Source: Bacteroidales bacterium UBA4181
GTDB lineage: Bacteria > Bacteroidota > Bacteroidia > Bacteroidales > UBA4181
Length of the DNA stretch: 64,000 bases
Assembly (NCBI GenBank): GCA_002380425.1
Contig: DFUR01000106.1
Location: 28,517-92,516, forward strand
Direction of reading: 5' to 3'
Below, piece after piece: positions 1-11,366 of this stretch; the first letter of the stretch is position 1, and each line of letters begins with the position of its first letter. Under the pieces are notes generated by a model. It saw only the letters and a program-made list of their open reading frames with translations. It did not search any database and was not told the origin of the DNA. The position numbers and the translations under genes are program-made.

Positions 1-20
1 ACGGGCATCACTTTTTTTTA

Positions 21-28
21 CAAAGATA
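21..28 (-). promoter_or_regulatory. Bacteroidota sigma-70 -7 box (TATCTTTG) for a minus-strand gene probably starting at ATG 8-6 and running off the window
   Basis: CAAAGATA on + equals TATCTTTG on -, matching TAnnTTTG; CAT at 6-8 lies just downstream. Confidence 0.5.
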
Positions 29-125
29 GAGAAAAAAAACACCCTGCCCGGAAACTTTCCCCGGAGGGTAGTGGAAGTTTTCAACAACAAAACGCTTTAC
101 TTTGCAGGCTCAATTGCACTGCTCC

Positions 126-863
126 ATGATGAAACGGATGACTCTGATCGCGGGATTCCTTTTGCTTTGTTCAGAAGGTTTTTCAGCTGTTCCCGATAGA
201 ATCACTCCGCCCCCCGGATGGGAAACAGACACCATGCAACGGGTACTGGGGATTGATGTATCCGTCCACCAGGGAAAGATTGAATGGGCACAAGTCAAGG
301 AGAACGGAGTCCGGTTCGCCTACATCAAGGCAACAGAAGGAAAGGACTATGTTGACAAGCGCTATGCCGAGAACACCCGGCAAGCCCGTCAGGAGGGTAT
401 CGCGACCGGAGCCTATCATTTTTTTCTTTTCAACACCTCGGGCAGAGAACAGGCCGATCATTTCATCCGCACAGTGCAGTTGCAAAAGGGGGACCTTCCA
501 CCAGTAGTGGATGTTGAGGCATACCGAAACCCACACCGAAATCTCTCAGACCGGGCCATCACGGCCAGTGTCCAGGTTTTTGTTTACAAAATTTACAATC
601 ATTACGGTATCTGGCCAGTGATATATGCTGATATGGCCTCATACAAACGTTATATACGGGGCTATTTTCCGGGATGTCCCCTGTGGCTGTGCGATCTGAA
701 CAAAGAACCTGCACCGGACGACGGCCGTGGCTGGCTATTTTGGCAATACGCCCATACCGGACGCATGAAGGGTATCAGCGGGCCGGTGGACCTGGACATC
801 TTTCGGGGGACTCCTGAAGACTTTTCCAAATTTCTGAATAAAACATCCGGTTCTGACCTATAG
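126..863 (+). CDS. Glycoside hydrolase family 25 (lysozyme/muramidase), secreted
   Basis: GIDVSVHQG, YIKATEG, GAYHFF, PPVVDVE (DxE), FWQY and VDLD motifs; N-terminal signal peptide; ATG at 126 chosen. Confidence 0.9.
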   Translation: MMKRMTLIAGFLLLCSEGFSAVPDRITPPPGWETDTMQRVLGIDVSVHQGKIEWAQVKENGVRFAYIKATEGKDYVDKRYAENTRQARQEGIATGAYHFFLFNTSGREQADHFIRTVQLQKGDLPPVVDVEAYRNPHRNLSDRAITASVQVFVYKIYNHYGIWPVIYADMASYKRYIRGYFPGCPLWLCDLNKEPAPDDGRGWLFWQYAHTGRMKGISGPVDLDIFRGTPEDFSKFLNKTSGSDL

Positions 864-1547
864 AAACCCCACCACCCAGGGGGCAAGTACCGCGGTGACA
901 ATGCCTGTGAACATCATGGAAAGCCCTGCATAAGCTGTTTCAACCCGCCCTGCCTCGCTGATACGCGCAACGCCCAGAGCGTGCGAAGCTGCCCCCATGG
1001 CAAGTCCCGCAGCTGCCCGATCGCGGATGCCGGTCCAACGTAACCAGCTGACCCCAAACAACGCACCCTGTAAACCCACCGCCAGAACCATACCCACTGT
1101 CAAAGGGGGAATCCCTCCAATGGAAGCAGAAATCTCCAAAGCCAGGGGGGTAGTCACCGATTTTGGGATCATAGAGAGCAACGTTCCCTGTGACATCTTG
1201 AATACCCAGCCAAAGAAAAGCGTAAGCAGGATTCCGGCAACCGCTCCGGCCAGCTGGGAAATCAGAATGGCCCATTTTTGCCGGCGAATCTCCTGCAACT
1301 GGTGATACAGAGGCACACCAAGTGCCACAACGGCCGGCTTCAAGAAAAAGGAGATATATTGTCCTCCCCGGTTATAGGACCCATAATCAATATCTAAAAT
1401 CTTTAATATCAATATAATGCCCGTTATGGATAAAAGTACTGGATGAAGCAAGGTCCAGCGGTATCTGCGATACAGCAAGCCTGCCCCCATATACACGACA
1501 AAAGTGAGGGTTACCCCAAATATCCCCGACTCGAAAAACTCACTCAT
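858..1547 (-). CDS. lrgB: LrgB/CidB family membrane protein
   Basis: PAVVALGVPLY, PKSVTTPLA and GAASHALG motifs; multi-TM; follows an LrgA-type gene. Confidence 0.9.
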   Translation of the reverse strand: MSEFFESGIFGVTLTFVVYMGAGLLYRRYRWTLLHPVLLSITGIILILKILDIDYGSYNRGGQYISFFLKPAVVALGVPLYHQLQEIRRQKWAILISQLAGAVAGILLTLFFGWVFKMSQGTLLSMIPKSVTTPLALEISASIGGIPPLTVGMVLAVGLQGALFGVSWLRWTGIRDRAAAGLAMGAASHALGVARISEAGRVETAYAGLSMMFTGIVTAVLAPWVVGFL

Positions 1548-1887
1548 CTTTTTTTCTGGTCCATTGATACACCCACCCCACCACCGTCATCACCAAAAAG
1601 GTACCAGTGACCACCGTTACCATAATCGGCAGCCATTCCTGAGCGATACGGTCAAAAAACAACATGATGGCTACCCCCGAAGGGATAAAGAAAAAAGCCA
1701 GGTTGCGCACTATCAGGTCGGAGAAAATCTTCACCCAGGCTACCTTGATCCAGCCCAGAGAAAGCAAGGCTGTGAGCAAAAGCATACCGAGAATACTCGA
1801 GGGGACAGGCACCCCGGTGAAGAAAACCAAGGCTTCCCCGGCAAGCAGACATCCAAAAATGACAGAAAGGGAGCGGATCATCACCAA
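1540..1887 (-). CDS. lrgA: CidA/LrgA family holin-like protein
   Basis: 115 aa, about 4 [14 protein letters not shown] and FFFIPSGV motifs; overlaps lrgB start. Confidence 0.9.
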   Translation of the reverse strand: MVMIRSLSVIFGCLLAGEALVFFTGVPVPSSILGMLLLTALLSLGWIKVAWVKIFSDLIVRNLAFFFIPSGVAIMLFFDRIAQEWLPIMVTVVTGTFLVMTVVGWVYQWTRKKDE

Positions 1888-1946
1888 AGCATTGTTCTCG
1901 CAAAGGTAGAACTCCTGTTCGTTTGCCCACGCCCACCCTCAATATT

Positions 1947-1977
1947 TTTGCAGCAAACCTGTTTTTTAATACCTTTG
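1947..1977 (+). promoter_or_regulatory. secA promoter: -33 TTTG (1947-1950) and -7 TACCTTTG (1970-1977)
   Basis: Matches Bacteroidota TTTG-N19-TAnnTTTG, about 30 nt upstream of ATG 2007. Confidence 0.65.
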
Positions 1978-2006
1978 GGAGCTATAATTCAATCGACCAT
2001 CCACTC

Positions 2007-5000
2007 ATGAGCCTGATCAACAACCTGCTTTCCTCCATATTCGGAAATAAATCACAGAGAGACCTCAAAGAAATCCGGCCGGTTCTGGACCGCATCACAG
2101 CGGAATATGAACGCATCAGCGCGCTATCTCACAATGAGCTGCGGGAGGAATCAGCCCGAATCAAAGCCTTCGTCCGGCAATCGTATCAGCAACTGGAAGC
2201 CGAAATCAGCACCCTGCGGGAGCAGGCTGAATCGGGAAGCCTGGACATCGATCAGGTAGAAGCTGCCTATACCCGGATTGACAAACTGGAGAAAGAGGTA
2301 AACACCAAGATTGAAGACAGTCTTAACGAAGTTCTGCCCATCGCCTTCTGCATTGTCAAGGAGACTGCGAGACGTTTCAAGGAAAACGAGGAACTCAGAG
2401 TCAACGCAACGGATGCAGACAGGGAACTTGCCGCTTCCAGGGATTTTGTGTCCATAGAGGATGGACAGGCTGTGTACAGAAACCGGTGGATGGCCGGAGG
2501 GAACGAGATTGTGTGGGATATGGTGCACTATGATGTGCAACTTATCGGGGGCGTCGTGCTACACGAGGGCAAGATTGCCGAGATGGGAACCGGTGAAGGC
2601 AAAACCCTGGTGGCCACATTGCCGGTGTTTTTGAATGCGCTTGCCGGGAAAGGAGTCCATGTGGTTACGGTGAACGATTACCTCTCCAAGCGCGACTCCG
2701 AGTGGATGGGCCCCATTTACCAGTTTCACGGCCTCACGGTGGACTGTATTGACAAACACCAGCCCCACACTCAGGACCGCCGAAAAGCCTATCTGGCAGA
2801 CATCACCTTTGGAACCAACAACGAATTCGGTTTTGACTACCTCAGGGACAATATGGCCATTACCCCCGGGGAGATGGTCCAGCGCAAACATCATTTTGCT
2901 ATCGTGGACGAGGTGGACTCGGTATTGATTGATGATGCCCGTACGCCCCTGATTATCTCCGGCCCTGTGGGTACAAAGAGCGACCATCAGCTCTACGATG
3001 ACTATAAACCCAGAGTGGAACAACTGGTGGCCGAACAGAGACGCCTGGTTACCCAGATTCTTGCTGAAGCCAAAACACTACTCTCCAAGAACGAACCGGA
3101 CGACAAGGAACGGGAACGGGGTAGCCTGCTGCTTTTCCGTGCCTTCAAGGGCCTGCCCAAGAACACCGCCCTCATCAAGTTTCTGAGCGAACCCGGGATG
3201 AAACAACTGCTACAGAAAACCGAGAATTTCTATCTGCAGGACAACAGCAAGAATATGCATGTGGCTACCGATGAATTGTTTTTTGTCATTGAGGAGCAAC
3301 ATAATGCCATTGAACTTACAGACAAAGGCATCGAGGTCCTTACCCGCAAGACGGATGACCCTGATTTCTTTATTCTGCCCGATATCGGATCGGAGATTGC
3401 CGAGATGGAACGGCTCTCTCTGGGAGACGAGGAAAAACTCGAAAAGAAGGACGAACTGCTCCGCAACTACACAGTGAAGGCCGAACGGCTTCACACAGTG
3501 CACCAATTGCTCAAGGCCTATTCTCTGTTTGAAAAGGACGATGAGTATGTGGTCATTGACAACAAGGTCAAGATTGTGGATGAACAGACCGGGCGTATTA
3601 TGGAAGGCCGCCGCTATTCTGACGGGCTGCATCAGGCCATTGAAGCCAAGGAAAATGTCAAGGTTGAGGCCGCCACACAGACCTTTGCCACCATCACCCT
3701 GCAGAACTATTTCAGGATGTACCACAAACTTGCGGGGATGACCGGTACTGCCGAAACCGAAGCCGGGGAACTCTGGAACATTTACAAACTGGATGTGGTG
3801 GTGATTCCCACCAACCGCCCGGTAATCAGGAAAGACCATGAGGATTTGGTGTATAAAACCAAGCGGGAGAAATACAACGCGGTGATTGATGAAATCGCCA
3901 GCCTCACAGCCCAGGGCCGTCCGGCTTTGGTGGGGACCACTTCGGTGGAAATCTCCGAATTGCTGAGTCGCATGCTCAAAATGCGCAACATCAAACACAA
4001 CGTACTCAATGCCAAGCTGCATCAACGCGAGGCCGAGATTGTGGCCGAAGCGGGGAAATCCGGCACCGTGACCATCGCCACCAACATGGCCGGCCGTGGT
4101 ACGGACATCAAGCTGTCCGACTCCGTGAAAGCCGCCGGAGGCTTGGCCATCATTGGTACAGAGCGCCACGAATCCCGCCGGGTGGACCGCCAGTTGCGCG
4201 GCCGTTCCGGCCGTCAGGGGGACCCGGGTAGTTCTCAGTTCTTTGTTTCTCTCGAAGATGACCTGATGCGCATTTTCGGTTCAGACCGGATTGCCCGCCT
4301 GATGGACCGCATGGGTCTTAAGGAAGGAGAGGTGATTCAGCACTCCATGATTACCAGTTCCATTGAGCGTGCTCAGAAAAAGGTGGAGGAAAACAACTTC
4401 GGCATCCGCAAACGTCTGCTGGAATACGATGATGTGATGAATTCCCAGCGCGAAGTAATCTACACCAAACGTCGTCATGCGCTCTTCGGGGAGCGCATCA
4501 GCGTGGAAATCTCTGATATGATGTACGATGTGGTGGAAAACATCATCAGGACCACCCGTGCAAACGAAAATTTCGAAGACTTCCAGCTGGAATTGCTCAA
4601 GGTGTTGTCCGTTGAAACCCAACTGACCGAAAAAGAGTTTGTCAAGTCCGAAGAGAGCGAACTGACCGAGCAAATATACCGTCAGGCTCTGGAAGCATAT
4701 CAGCGGAAATCGGACATCATCTGCCGGCAAGCCTATCCCGTAATCAAGGATGTATATGAACATCAGGGAGCTGTGTATGAAAACATCGTGGTGCCTATCT
4801 CTGACGGGCACCGGGTGTTCCAGGTGGTCACCAATCTGAAAAAAGCCAATGACACCCTGGGCAAGGAAGTTTGCAGAGCATTCGAAAAAAGTGCGATCCT
4901 CGCCAACATTGACGATGCCTGGAAAGAACATCTCAGGGAACTGGATGACTTACGTCAATCCGTTCAAAACGCCACCTATGAGCAGAAGGATCCCTTGCTG

Positions 5001-5333
5001 ATCTACAAATTTGAGTCTTTTGAACTGTTCAAGGCAATGCTAACCCGGGTGAACCGCGAAGTAGTACAACTGCTCATGAAGGGGCATATCCCCATCAAGG
5101 ATGCGCAGGATGTCCACCGGGCCCAGGAGCCCAGGAAACTGGACACCAGCCGGATGCAGGCCAGTAAGAGCGACTACTCTTCCTCTGGGCCCGGAACAGA
5201 TGCCGGACCAAGACAGGCCGGACCTCCCAAAGTGCAACCCGTCATCAAGGGTGAGAAAAAGGTGGGGCGCAACGACCCCTGTCCCTGCGGGAGCGGAAAG
5301 AAATTCAAGAACTGCCACGGGATAGACCAATAA
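2007..5333 (+). CDS. secA: Preprotein translocase ATPase SecA (long Bacteroidota form)
   Basis: MGTGEGKT Walker [29 protein letters not shown] and C-terminal SEC-C zinc motif [18 protein letters not shown]. Confidence 0.99.
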   Translation: MSLINNLLSSIFGNKSQRDLKEIRPVLDRITAEYERISALSHNELREESARIKAFVRQSYQQLEAEISTLREQAESGSLDIDQVEAAYTRIDKLEKEVNTKIEDSLNEVLPIAFCIVKETARRFKENEELRVNATDADRELAASRDFVSIEDGQAVYRNRWMAGGNEIVWDMVHYDVQLIGGVVLHEGKIAEMGTGEGKTLVATLPVFLNALAGKGVHVVTVNDYLSKRDSEWMGPIYQFHGLTVDCIDKHQPHTQDRRKAYLADITFGTNNEFGFDYLRDNMAITPGEMVQRKHHFAIVDEVDSVLIDDARTPLIISGPVGTKSDHQLYDDYKPRVEQLVAEQRRLVTQILAEAKTLLSKNEPDDKERERGSLLLFRAFKGLPKNTALIKFLSEPGMKQLLQKTENFYLQDNSKNMHVATDELFFVIEEQHNAIELTDKGIEVLTRKTDDPDFFILPDIGSEIAEMERLSLGDEEKLEKKDELLRNYTVKAERLHTVHQLLKAYSLFEKDDEYVVIDNKVKIVDEQTGRIMEGRRYSDGLHQAIEAKENVKVEAATQTFATITLQNYFRMYHKLAGMTGTAETEAGELWNIYKLDVVVIPTNRPVIRKDHEDLVYKTKREKYNAVIDEIASLTAQGRPALVGTTSVEISELLSRMLKMRNIKHNVLNAKLHQREAEIVAEAGKSGTVTIATNMAGRGTDIKLSDSVKAAGGLAIIGTERHESRRVDRQLRGRSGRQGDPGSSQFFVSLEDDLMRIFGSDRIARLMDRMGLKEGEVIQHSMITSSIERAQKKVEENNFGIRKRLLEYDDVMNSQREVIYTKRRHALFGERISVEISDMMYDVVENIIRTTRANENFEDFQLELLKVLSVETQLTEKEFVKSEESELTEQIYRQALEAYQRKSDIICRQAYPVIKDVYEHQGAVYENIVVPISDGHRVFQVVTNLKKANDTLGKEVCRAFEKSAILANIDDAWKEHLRELDDLRQSVQNATYEQKDPLLIYKFESFELFKAMLTRVNREVVQLLMKGHIPIKDAQDVHRAQEPRKLDTSRMQASKSDYSSSGPGTDAGPRQAGPPKVQPVIKGEKKVGRNDPCPCGSGKKFKNCHGIDQ

Positions 5334-5371
5334 TATGGCCCGTTCCGAAAGCGAAAAATTCGGATAACTTT

Positions 5372-6502
5372 ATGAAAAAGATCACATTACTACTACTGAC
5401 ATTGCTTCTTGCTCTGACAGGAGGGCACGCTGCCCAGTTCCTGTTCGTGGGAACCTACACCGATGGGAAACCAGACAAAGGGATATATGTCTATGAATTT
5501 CATCCGGCCTCGGGGGCACTCACTCTGGTGAGTACTGCCCAGAACATTGTCAATCCATCCTTCCTTTCCCTTACCCGGGATGGAAAGTTTCTCTACGCCT
5601 GTACCGAGACCCAAACGCCCCAGGCAGGCAGTGTCACGGCTTTTGCCTTTGACAACCAAACCAGACTACTGACTGAGATTGGCAAACAACCCACAGGAGG
5701 CGACAACCCAGCGTATATTACTGTTGACAGCCTCTCCAGATTCGTAATCACGGCCAACTACACCGGCGGGTCCCTATCTGTGCTTCCTCTCCGCAAGGAT
5801 GGCCGGCCCGAAGCCGTGTCGCAGTTGATTTCGTTCTCTGGAAAAAGTATGATTCAGGGACGGCAGGATCAGTCCCATCCACACTCCGCAGTATTCTCCC
5901 CCGGCGGAGCCTATTTGTTTTGTCCGGATCTGGGCACAGACCAGATCCATATTTTCTCCTTCGATCCCGAAAAACCTCAGCCTCTCACAAGTTTCGGCCA
6001 AAGCTCTCTGCGCGTCCGTTCTGGCGAAGGACCCAGGCACTTTGTATTTCACCCCGACCACCGCTACGCCTATTGCATCAATGAACTGGGCGGCTCCATT
6101 ACAACGTACCGATATCACGAAGGATTTCTGTACTCCAACCAGAGAATGCCCGCGTATGCCGAACCCAGGGACACCTACAGCGGGGCAGACATCCACCTGT
6201 CGCCCGACGGGCGGTTTCTGTACGCTTCCAACCGGGGGGAAAACACCATTGCCATTTTCTACGTCAACGCTTCAAACCGCCGGCTAACGCTAATGGGACA
6301 CCGATCCACCCTGGGCGATCATCCCCGAAACTTCACCCTGGACCCTTCGGGGAACTTTCTGCTGGTGGCCAACCAGAACTCCCATAATATTGTCGTCTTC
6401 CGCCGGGATCCCCTGTCGGGAGACATCACCCCCACAGGCACGCAGATTTCCGTACCCCGCCCCTCCTGTCTGGTGTTCGGCACCTATGAACCCACACAGT
6501 GA
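5372..6502 (+). CDS. Lactonase family beta-propeller (6-phosphogluconolactonase-like), with signal peptide
   Basis: FVGTYT, NPSFL, ANYTGG, SHPHS, GPRHF, YASNRG and HPRNF motifs. Confidence 0.9.
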   Translation: MKKITLLLLTLLLALTGGHAAQFLFVGTYTDGKPDKGIYVYEFHPASGALTLVSTAQNIVNPSFLSLTRDGKFLYACTETQTPQAGSVTAFAFDNQTRLLTEIGKQPTGGDNPAYITVDSLSRFVITANYTGGSLSVLPLRKDGRPEAVSQLISFSGKSMIQGRQDQSHPHSAVFSPGGAYLFCPDLGTDQIHIFSFDPEKPQPLTSFGQSSLRVRSGEGPRHFVFHPDHRYAYCINELGGSITTYRYHEGFLYSNQRMPAYAEPRDTYSGADIHLSPDGRFLYASNRGENTIAIFYVNASNRRLTLMGHRSTLGDHPRNFTLDPSGNFLLVANQNSHNIVVFRRDPLSGDITPTGTQISVPRPSCLVFGTYEPTQ

Positions 6503-9021
6503 AGGCCTTCTTTCTGACCATTATTTGTCTGTTGAGCGCGGTACTCGCTCCGGCTCAGAATGCCTCCGGAAGCTATTCTCTGGATCCTGGCAACCCCATT
6601 CAGTTCGGGGAGGACTACATCGTGTACAAGGGCCAAACCATTCCATTGGGGCCCAGAGCCTTTTTTATTGACGGACAACTGACCGATGCACAGATTGCCG
6701 GGAACCCCTACGTGTTCAACTCCGTCAACAAGGCCGCGGAACACCTGACAAACGGTACGGAAGATGCTCCAATGGTGCTGTACATTGCCCCCTATGTGTA
6801 CTGGATTGACGATCCGGATGATCCTGCTGAACGTGTGGGCGTCAACGGGGCAGCCCCATTCGGACTGGTGATTGCATGCGAATGGCTTCGGTTCTATGGA
6901 CTGTCGGACAATGCCTCAAATGTGGTTCTTGCCTGCAACCGGGGGCAAACCATGGGTTCCCGGGGAAATTTCACCATGTTCCGGCTTATCGGACAGGGCA
7001 CCAGCTCAGAAAACGTCACCTTTGGAAACTACTGCAACATTGACCTGGACTATCCGCTCAAACCCTCGCTCAGCAGGCCCAAAAGAGGGTCTGCTATTGT
7101 TCAGGCACAATTGATTATGTGCAACGGAGACAAGATTGTGGCCCGGAACTGCCGGTTTGTGAGCCGGCTGAATCTATGCCCTTTTCTGGGTGGCAAGAGA
7201 GTGTTGTTTGATCGTTGTCACCTGGAATGTACCGATGACGCACTCACAGGAACGGCAGTCTACCTCAACTGCACCCTCGACTTTTACAGTTCCAAACCGT
7301 TCGGAGGCACCTCCGGAACAGGAGCCGTATTTTTGAACTGCGACATCCGCTCTTTTTCGGGGGGAAAACAATTCTTCACCAAAATGGACGGCCAGATAGC
7401 CGTGGTAGATACAAGGATCCTGGGAAAACCGCAAACCTACTACGGGTGGCAGGATTATCCCCCGCTGCAAACCCGAAATTATCAGTACAATGTGCTCGTC
7501 AACGGCAGTGAGTACGTTATCGGGAATAACGACCCGGACCGGACGGTGGATATGACTAGGAGTACTATTCTGGAGGCCTATCGGGTAATGCATCAAGGGA
7601 ACGTTATCTACAACATTTGGAATCTGCTGCGGGGAGACGACAACTGGGACCCCATGAGCATCCGCACCACCGTTGAAAAAGCAGAGAAGGAATCCGGGAA
7701 AAACTATTCCATGCTCCCTGTCCGTTTGAGCATCAGCCCTTCCAAAGCGTCCATCGAAACCGGTAAAGCTCCAGTGACTCTGTCAGCAAGCCTGTTTCGC
7801 TTTGGAAATTACCCTGCCCCTTCCGGACAAATCACCTGGTCTATCGCCTCCGCTGACCGTGGTTTGGTGCAACTGAATGTTGCTCAGGACAGTCGCACCT
7901 GCGTCGTAATCCCCACCCACACCGGAGAGGCACCTGCCAGAGTAGTCATCACTGCCTCAGACCCTTCGGGTTTGCAAGCTGCCTGTGTCCTGGAAGTTTC
8001 GCCATCTCAGCTTGATCCCCCTTTGTTTCGGACTGCACCGCAACTATCCGGGCCCAGGGACGGAAGATTGCAGGTTGCGTACCAGTTGGAAACGTCTTAT
8101 GCTGACCAATCCCTGGTGAGCTGGTACCGATGCTTGGATGCGCAGGGAAGCAATCCAGTGGAAACTGCGGTTTCCCGGGAGGGACAACCACTTCGGGAAT
8201 ACGAACTCAGCGCCGGGGATATTGGCTACTACATCATGGCCACGGTGGCTCCTAAGCATATTCGGTGCGCTGCAGGCAAACCCGTGTCCTGCATCATGCC
8301 CCGGCCTATAGGTACCCGTGACATAACTGCAAACCCCAAAACTCTGGTCACCAACTTTCATAACACATCTCTCAGAAATCAGCCCAGCATCATTCCGGGG
8401 TTCTGGACCTGGAGTCACGCCCAAAACCCTGATGACGAACGGGCGAATACAACCGACACAACCCGTGATGCCTGGTATTTTGGAGCAGGCAGTGATGGTG
8501 CCGCCGGCCATTCCGGCCTGCTGCAAGGACGGAGCGCCCGGATGCTCTACACCCCGGCGGGGAGAACATCCGGGAACATGAAATGCACCTATGATTTTCT
8601 CCCGTACAAAACAGCCGGCCAAGGGTTCAGTATGGCCGGCATGTATATGGATGTACTCATTCAGTGTGACACCCGGACCATGACCGGATTTGCCCTGCGT
8701 TTGATACGCACCACCAAGTTCGGTAATGCTGTGGATGCTTTGTTTGTACGGTATGAGAACGGGAAAGCCACCGAAATCAGCGATCCGGTCACTACCTCCT
8801 GCTATCGGCCCGGTTGCAGGGTTGAGGTGGAAGTAGCGGGTAACCTACTGAAGGCCAGTCTATCAAAATATGGAGAGAATCCCGCAGAACCTGTGCCGGG
8901 AGTGGTCGCTGCATTCAGCATGGAGAAAGAGATCTCGCCAGAGCCATGGGGTGGTTTCGGCATTGAATACCACGGAGGCTCCTCCGTCCTGATCGAGCAA
9001 GTGAAGGCGATTTGGAAATAA
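6499..9021 (+). CDS. Large secreted protein: N-terminal pectin-methylesterase/pectin-lyase-like beta-helix plus Ig-like and C-terminal beta-sandwich regions; function unknown
   Basis: Signal peptide; repeated beta-helix-like turns (ARNCRF, FDRCHLE, YLNCTL, FLNCDI); GTGA overlap with the lactonase stop. Confidence 0.55.
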   Translation: MKAFFLTIICLLSAVLAPAQNASGSYSLDPGNPIQFGEDYIVYKGQTIPLGPRAFFIDGQLTDAQIAGNPYVFNSVNKAAEHLTNGTEDAPMVLYIAPYVYWIDDPDDPAERVGVNGAAPFGLVIACEWLRFYGLSDNASNVVLACNRGQTMGSRGNFTMFRLIGQGTSSENVTFGNYCNIDLDYPLKPSLSRPKRGSAIVQAQLIMCNGDKIVARNCRFVSRLNLCPFLGGKRVLFDRCHLECTDDALTGTAVYLNCTLDFYSSKPFGGTSGTGAVFLNCDIRSFSGGKQFFTKMDGQIAVVDTRILGKPQTYYGWQDYPPLQTRNYQYNVLVNGSEYVIGNNDPDRTVDMTRSTILEAYRVMHQGNVIYNIWNLLRGDDNWDPMSIRTTVEKAEKESGKNYSMLPVRLSISPSKASIETGKAPVTLSASLFRFGNYPAPSGQITWSIASADRGLVQLNVAQDSRTCVVIPTHTGEAPARVVITASDPSGLQAACVLEVSPSQLDPPLFRTAPQLSGPRDGRLQVAYQLETSYADQSLVSWYRCLDAQGSNPVETAVSREGQPLREYELSAGDIGYYIMATVAPKHIRCAAGKPVSCIMPRPIGTRDITANPKTLVTNFHNTSLRNQPSIIPGFWTWSHAQNPDDERANTTDTTRDAWYFGAGSDGAAGHSGLLQGRSARMLYTPAGRTSGNMKCTYDFLPYKTAGQGFSMAGMYMDVLIQCDTRTMTGFALRLIRTTKFGNAVDALFVRYENGKATEISDPVTTSCYRPGCRVEVEVAGNLLKASLSKYGENPAEPVPGVVAAFSMEKEISPEPWGGFGIEYHGGSSVLIEQVKAIWK

Positions 9022-9055
9022 AAAAATGCCCCGGGCCGGCTGGTCCAGGGCATTT
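9020..9055. terminator. Intrinsic terminator between convergent genes (U-tract strongest on the minus strand, ending the leuB transcript)
   Basis: AAATGCCC-CGGGCC-GGCT-GGTCCA-GGGCATTT hairpin next to an A-run at 9020-9026. Confidence 0.75.
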
Positions 9056-9068
9056 GACCATTACGAAA

Positions 9069-10136
9069 TTACGCTTTAAGAATGTACCGGGCAATCCAGT
9101 CCCCCACCTCACTGGTTGAGGAAGGCGTTCCTTCGGCGATATCCACTGTGACCACACCAGATTCCATCGAAGCCTGACAGGCCATTCGAATCATCTCGGC
9201 TTCTGCGGGCATACCCAGTGCATACTCGCACATCAAAGCCGCTGAAAGAATGGTCCCCAGAGGGTTGGCGATGTTCTTGCCCTTGGCCTGGGGATAGGAG
9301 CCATGGATGGGCTCAAAGACGGAAGTATGGACACCCACCGATGCAGAAGGCAGCAGGCCCAGAGAACCGGTAATTACGCTGGCTTCATCCGTCAGGATAT
9401 CTCCGAAGAGATTCTCCGTGACCACCACATCAAAACGTTTCGGCCAGGTGATCAGCTGCATGGCAGCATTGTCCACAAACATAAACTCCAACTCCACATC
9501 CGGATATTCCGAATGCAACTCCTGGATGGTTTCCCGCCACAAGCGTGAGGTAGCCAGAATATTGGCTTTATCCACAGCCGTGAGCTTCCCCTTACGCTTC
9601 CGGGCATATTCAAAGGCCAGGCGAGCAATCCGGATAATCTCATCGCGGGTGTACACACAGGTGTCAAAAGCGGTGGTTCCATTCTCGCTCCGGCCACGCG
9701 GCTCTCCAAAGTAAATCCCTCCGGTAAGCTCCCTAAGCACCACAAAATCAGCTCCATCCACCAACTCTGGCTTCAGGGGGGACTTGTGAACCAGGGATTT
9801 GAACGCACTCACCGGGCGAATGTTGGCGTACAGACCCAGTTTCTTCCTCATGGCCAGAAGACCTTGTTCCGGACGGATACGGGCCTTGGGGTCCTGATCG
9901 TACTTGGGATCACCGATGGCTCCGAAGAGCACGGCATCGGATTTCATACACAAATCATGGGTTTCTTCAGGATAGGGATTACCACAAGCATCAATGGCAC
10001 AGGCTCCCATAAGGGCCGGAGTGAATACAAATTCGTGACCGTATTTGGTTTCAATGGCCTTCATGACCTTCAGGGCCTGATCCACAATCTCCGGACCGAT
10101 CCCGTCTCCGGCCAGAACTGCAATATGCTTCTTCAT
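9069..10136 (-). CDS. leuB: 3-isopropylmalate dehydrogenase
   Basis: [42 protein letters not shown] and EPIHGS motifs. Confidence 0.95.
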   Translation of the reverse strand: MKKHIAVLAGDGIGPEIVDQALKVMKAIETKYGHEFVFTPALMGACAIDACGNPYPEETHDLCMKSDAVLFGAIGDPKYDQDPKARIRPEQGLLAMRKKLGLYANIRPVSAFKSLVHKSPLKPELVDGADFVVLRELTGGIYFGEPRGRSENGTTAFDTCVYTRDEIIRIARLAFEYARKRKGKLTAVDKANILATSRLWRETIQELHSEYPDVELEFMFVDNAAMQLITWPKRFDVVVTENLFGDILTDEASVITGSLGLLPSASVGVHTSVFEPIHGSYPQAKGKNIANPLGTILSAALMCEYALGMPAEAEMIRMACQASMESGVVTVDIAEGTPSSTSEVGDWIARYILKA

Positions 10137-10145
10137 AGATATGGT

Positions 10146-11342
10146 TTATAAATGATGGATTACATTTTGGGAAATTGCCTCGCCGATGGCCAGGGATGCC
10201 GTGGCAGCAGGAGAAGGGGCATTGAGAATATTGATGACACCCTTGTCCTCAACAATCAAAAAATCGTCGATGAGCCGACCGTCACGCGTACAAGCCTGAG
10301 CGCGTACGCCCGCCCCTCCTGGGATGAGATCGTCCATGCACAAGTCGGGCATCAGCCTGCGAAGTGCCTTGGTAAAGGCCTTCTTGCAAAAACTCCGGTA
10401 GTACTCACCCATACCGACACCAGTGTACTTGAGTGCCACCTTTTGAAAGCCCGGCCACAACAAAGACTCCATGGTTTCACTCAGGGAGAAAGAGGTTTTG
10501 GTGTATCCCTCACGTTTGAGGGCAAAGACCGCATTGGGTCCGGCTTCGACGCCTCCGGTGATGCGGCGGGTGAAATGAACGCCCAGGAAAGGAAACGCCG
10601 GGTCGGGCACCGGATAGATTAAGTTCCGAAGCAAATCTCTGCGCTCCTCCTTGACATCGTAATACTCTCCCCTGAAGGGGATAATGCGGACATCTATTTT
10701 CTTTCCGGTTAACTGAGCTACCTTGTCGCAATACAATCCGGCAGTGTTGATAATCAGACGGGCTAAGAACGTTTTCTGCGGGGTGATTACCTCGGTGTGG
10801 GCACTGTGCTGCCTGATGGCGGTTACCTTATGACCTGTGTAGATCTCGCCTCCAAGACGTTGCGAGAATATCTCGGCATATTTGGCCGCGACTTGTTTAT
10901 AATCCACGATCCCTGTATAGGGCACATAGATACCGGCAATTCCAGCCGCATGTGGTTCGTATTCGGAGATTTCTTCGGCGGTGATCCGCTTGTTGTTGAC
11001 CAGACCGTTTTCCAGCCCCCGCTCCCATAGTGCCTCCAGGCGGGGCAGTTCCTCGGGCAGGGTAGCCACTACCAGCTTACCGCACATTTCATAAGGAATC
11101 TGCTCCCTATCGCAAAACTCCAGCAACTGAGCCTGACCTTTGCGGCAATTGGTGGCCTTCAGGCTACCCGGACGATAGTAGAGCCCGGAATGAATCACGC
11201 CACTATTGTTTCCGGTCTGATGCCGGGCCAGTCCCGGTTCCTTTTCCAAGAGGGCTACCTTCCACTCCGGACGGCTTTCCTTCAGACGCATCGCAGTGGC
11301 CAGACCGACAATTCCTCCTCCAATAATAACAACATCATACAT
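10146..11342 (-). CDS. lhgO: L-2-hydroxyglutarate oxidase (FAD)
   Basis: GGGIVGLA, HQTGNNSGVIHSGLYY, PFRGEYY, FPFLGVHFT, GVRAQA and NAPSPAATASL motifs. Confidence 0.92.
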   Translation of the reverse strand: MYDVVIIGGGIVGLATAMRLKESRPEWKVALLEKEPGLARHQTGNNSGVIHSGLYYRPGSLKATNCRKGQAQLLEFCDREQIPYEMCGKLVVATLPEELPRLEALWERGLENGLVNNKRITAEEISEYEPHAAGIAGIYVPYTGIVDYKQVAAKYAEIFSQRLGGEIYTGHKVTAIRQHSAHTEVITPQKTFLARLIINTAGLYCDKVAQLTGKKIDVRIIPFRGEYYDVKEERRDLLRNLIYPVPDPAFPFLGVHFTRRITGGVEAGPNAVFALKREGYTKTSFSLSETMESLLWPGFQKVALKYTGVGMGEYYRSFCKKAFTKALRRLMPDLCMDDLIPGGAGVRAQACTRDGRLIDDFLIVEDKGVINILNAPSPAATASLAIGEAISQNVIHHL

Positions 11343-11366
11343 GGTACAAACTTTTGGGCGGTAAAC

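Noticed and set aside
5344-5364. Hairpin TCCGAA-N9-TTCGGA after secA
   Set aside because: Short stem, large loop and no clear U-tract; too weak to call a terminator
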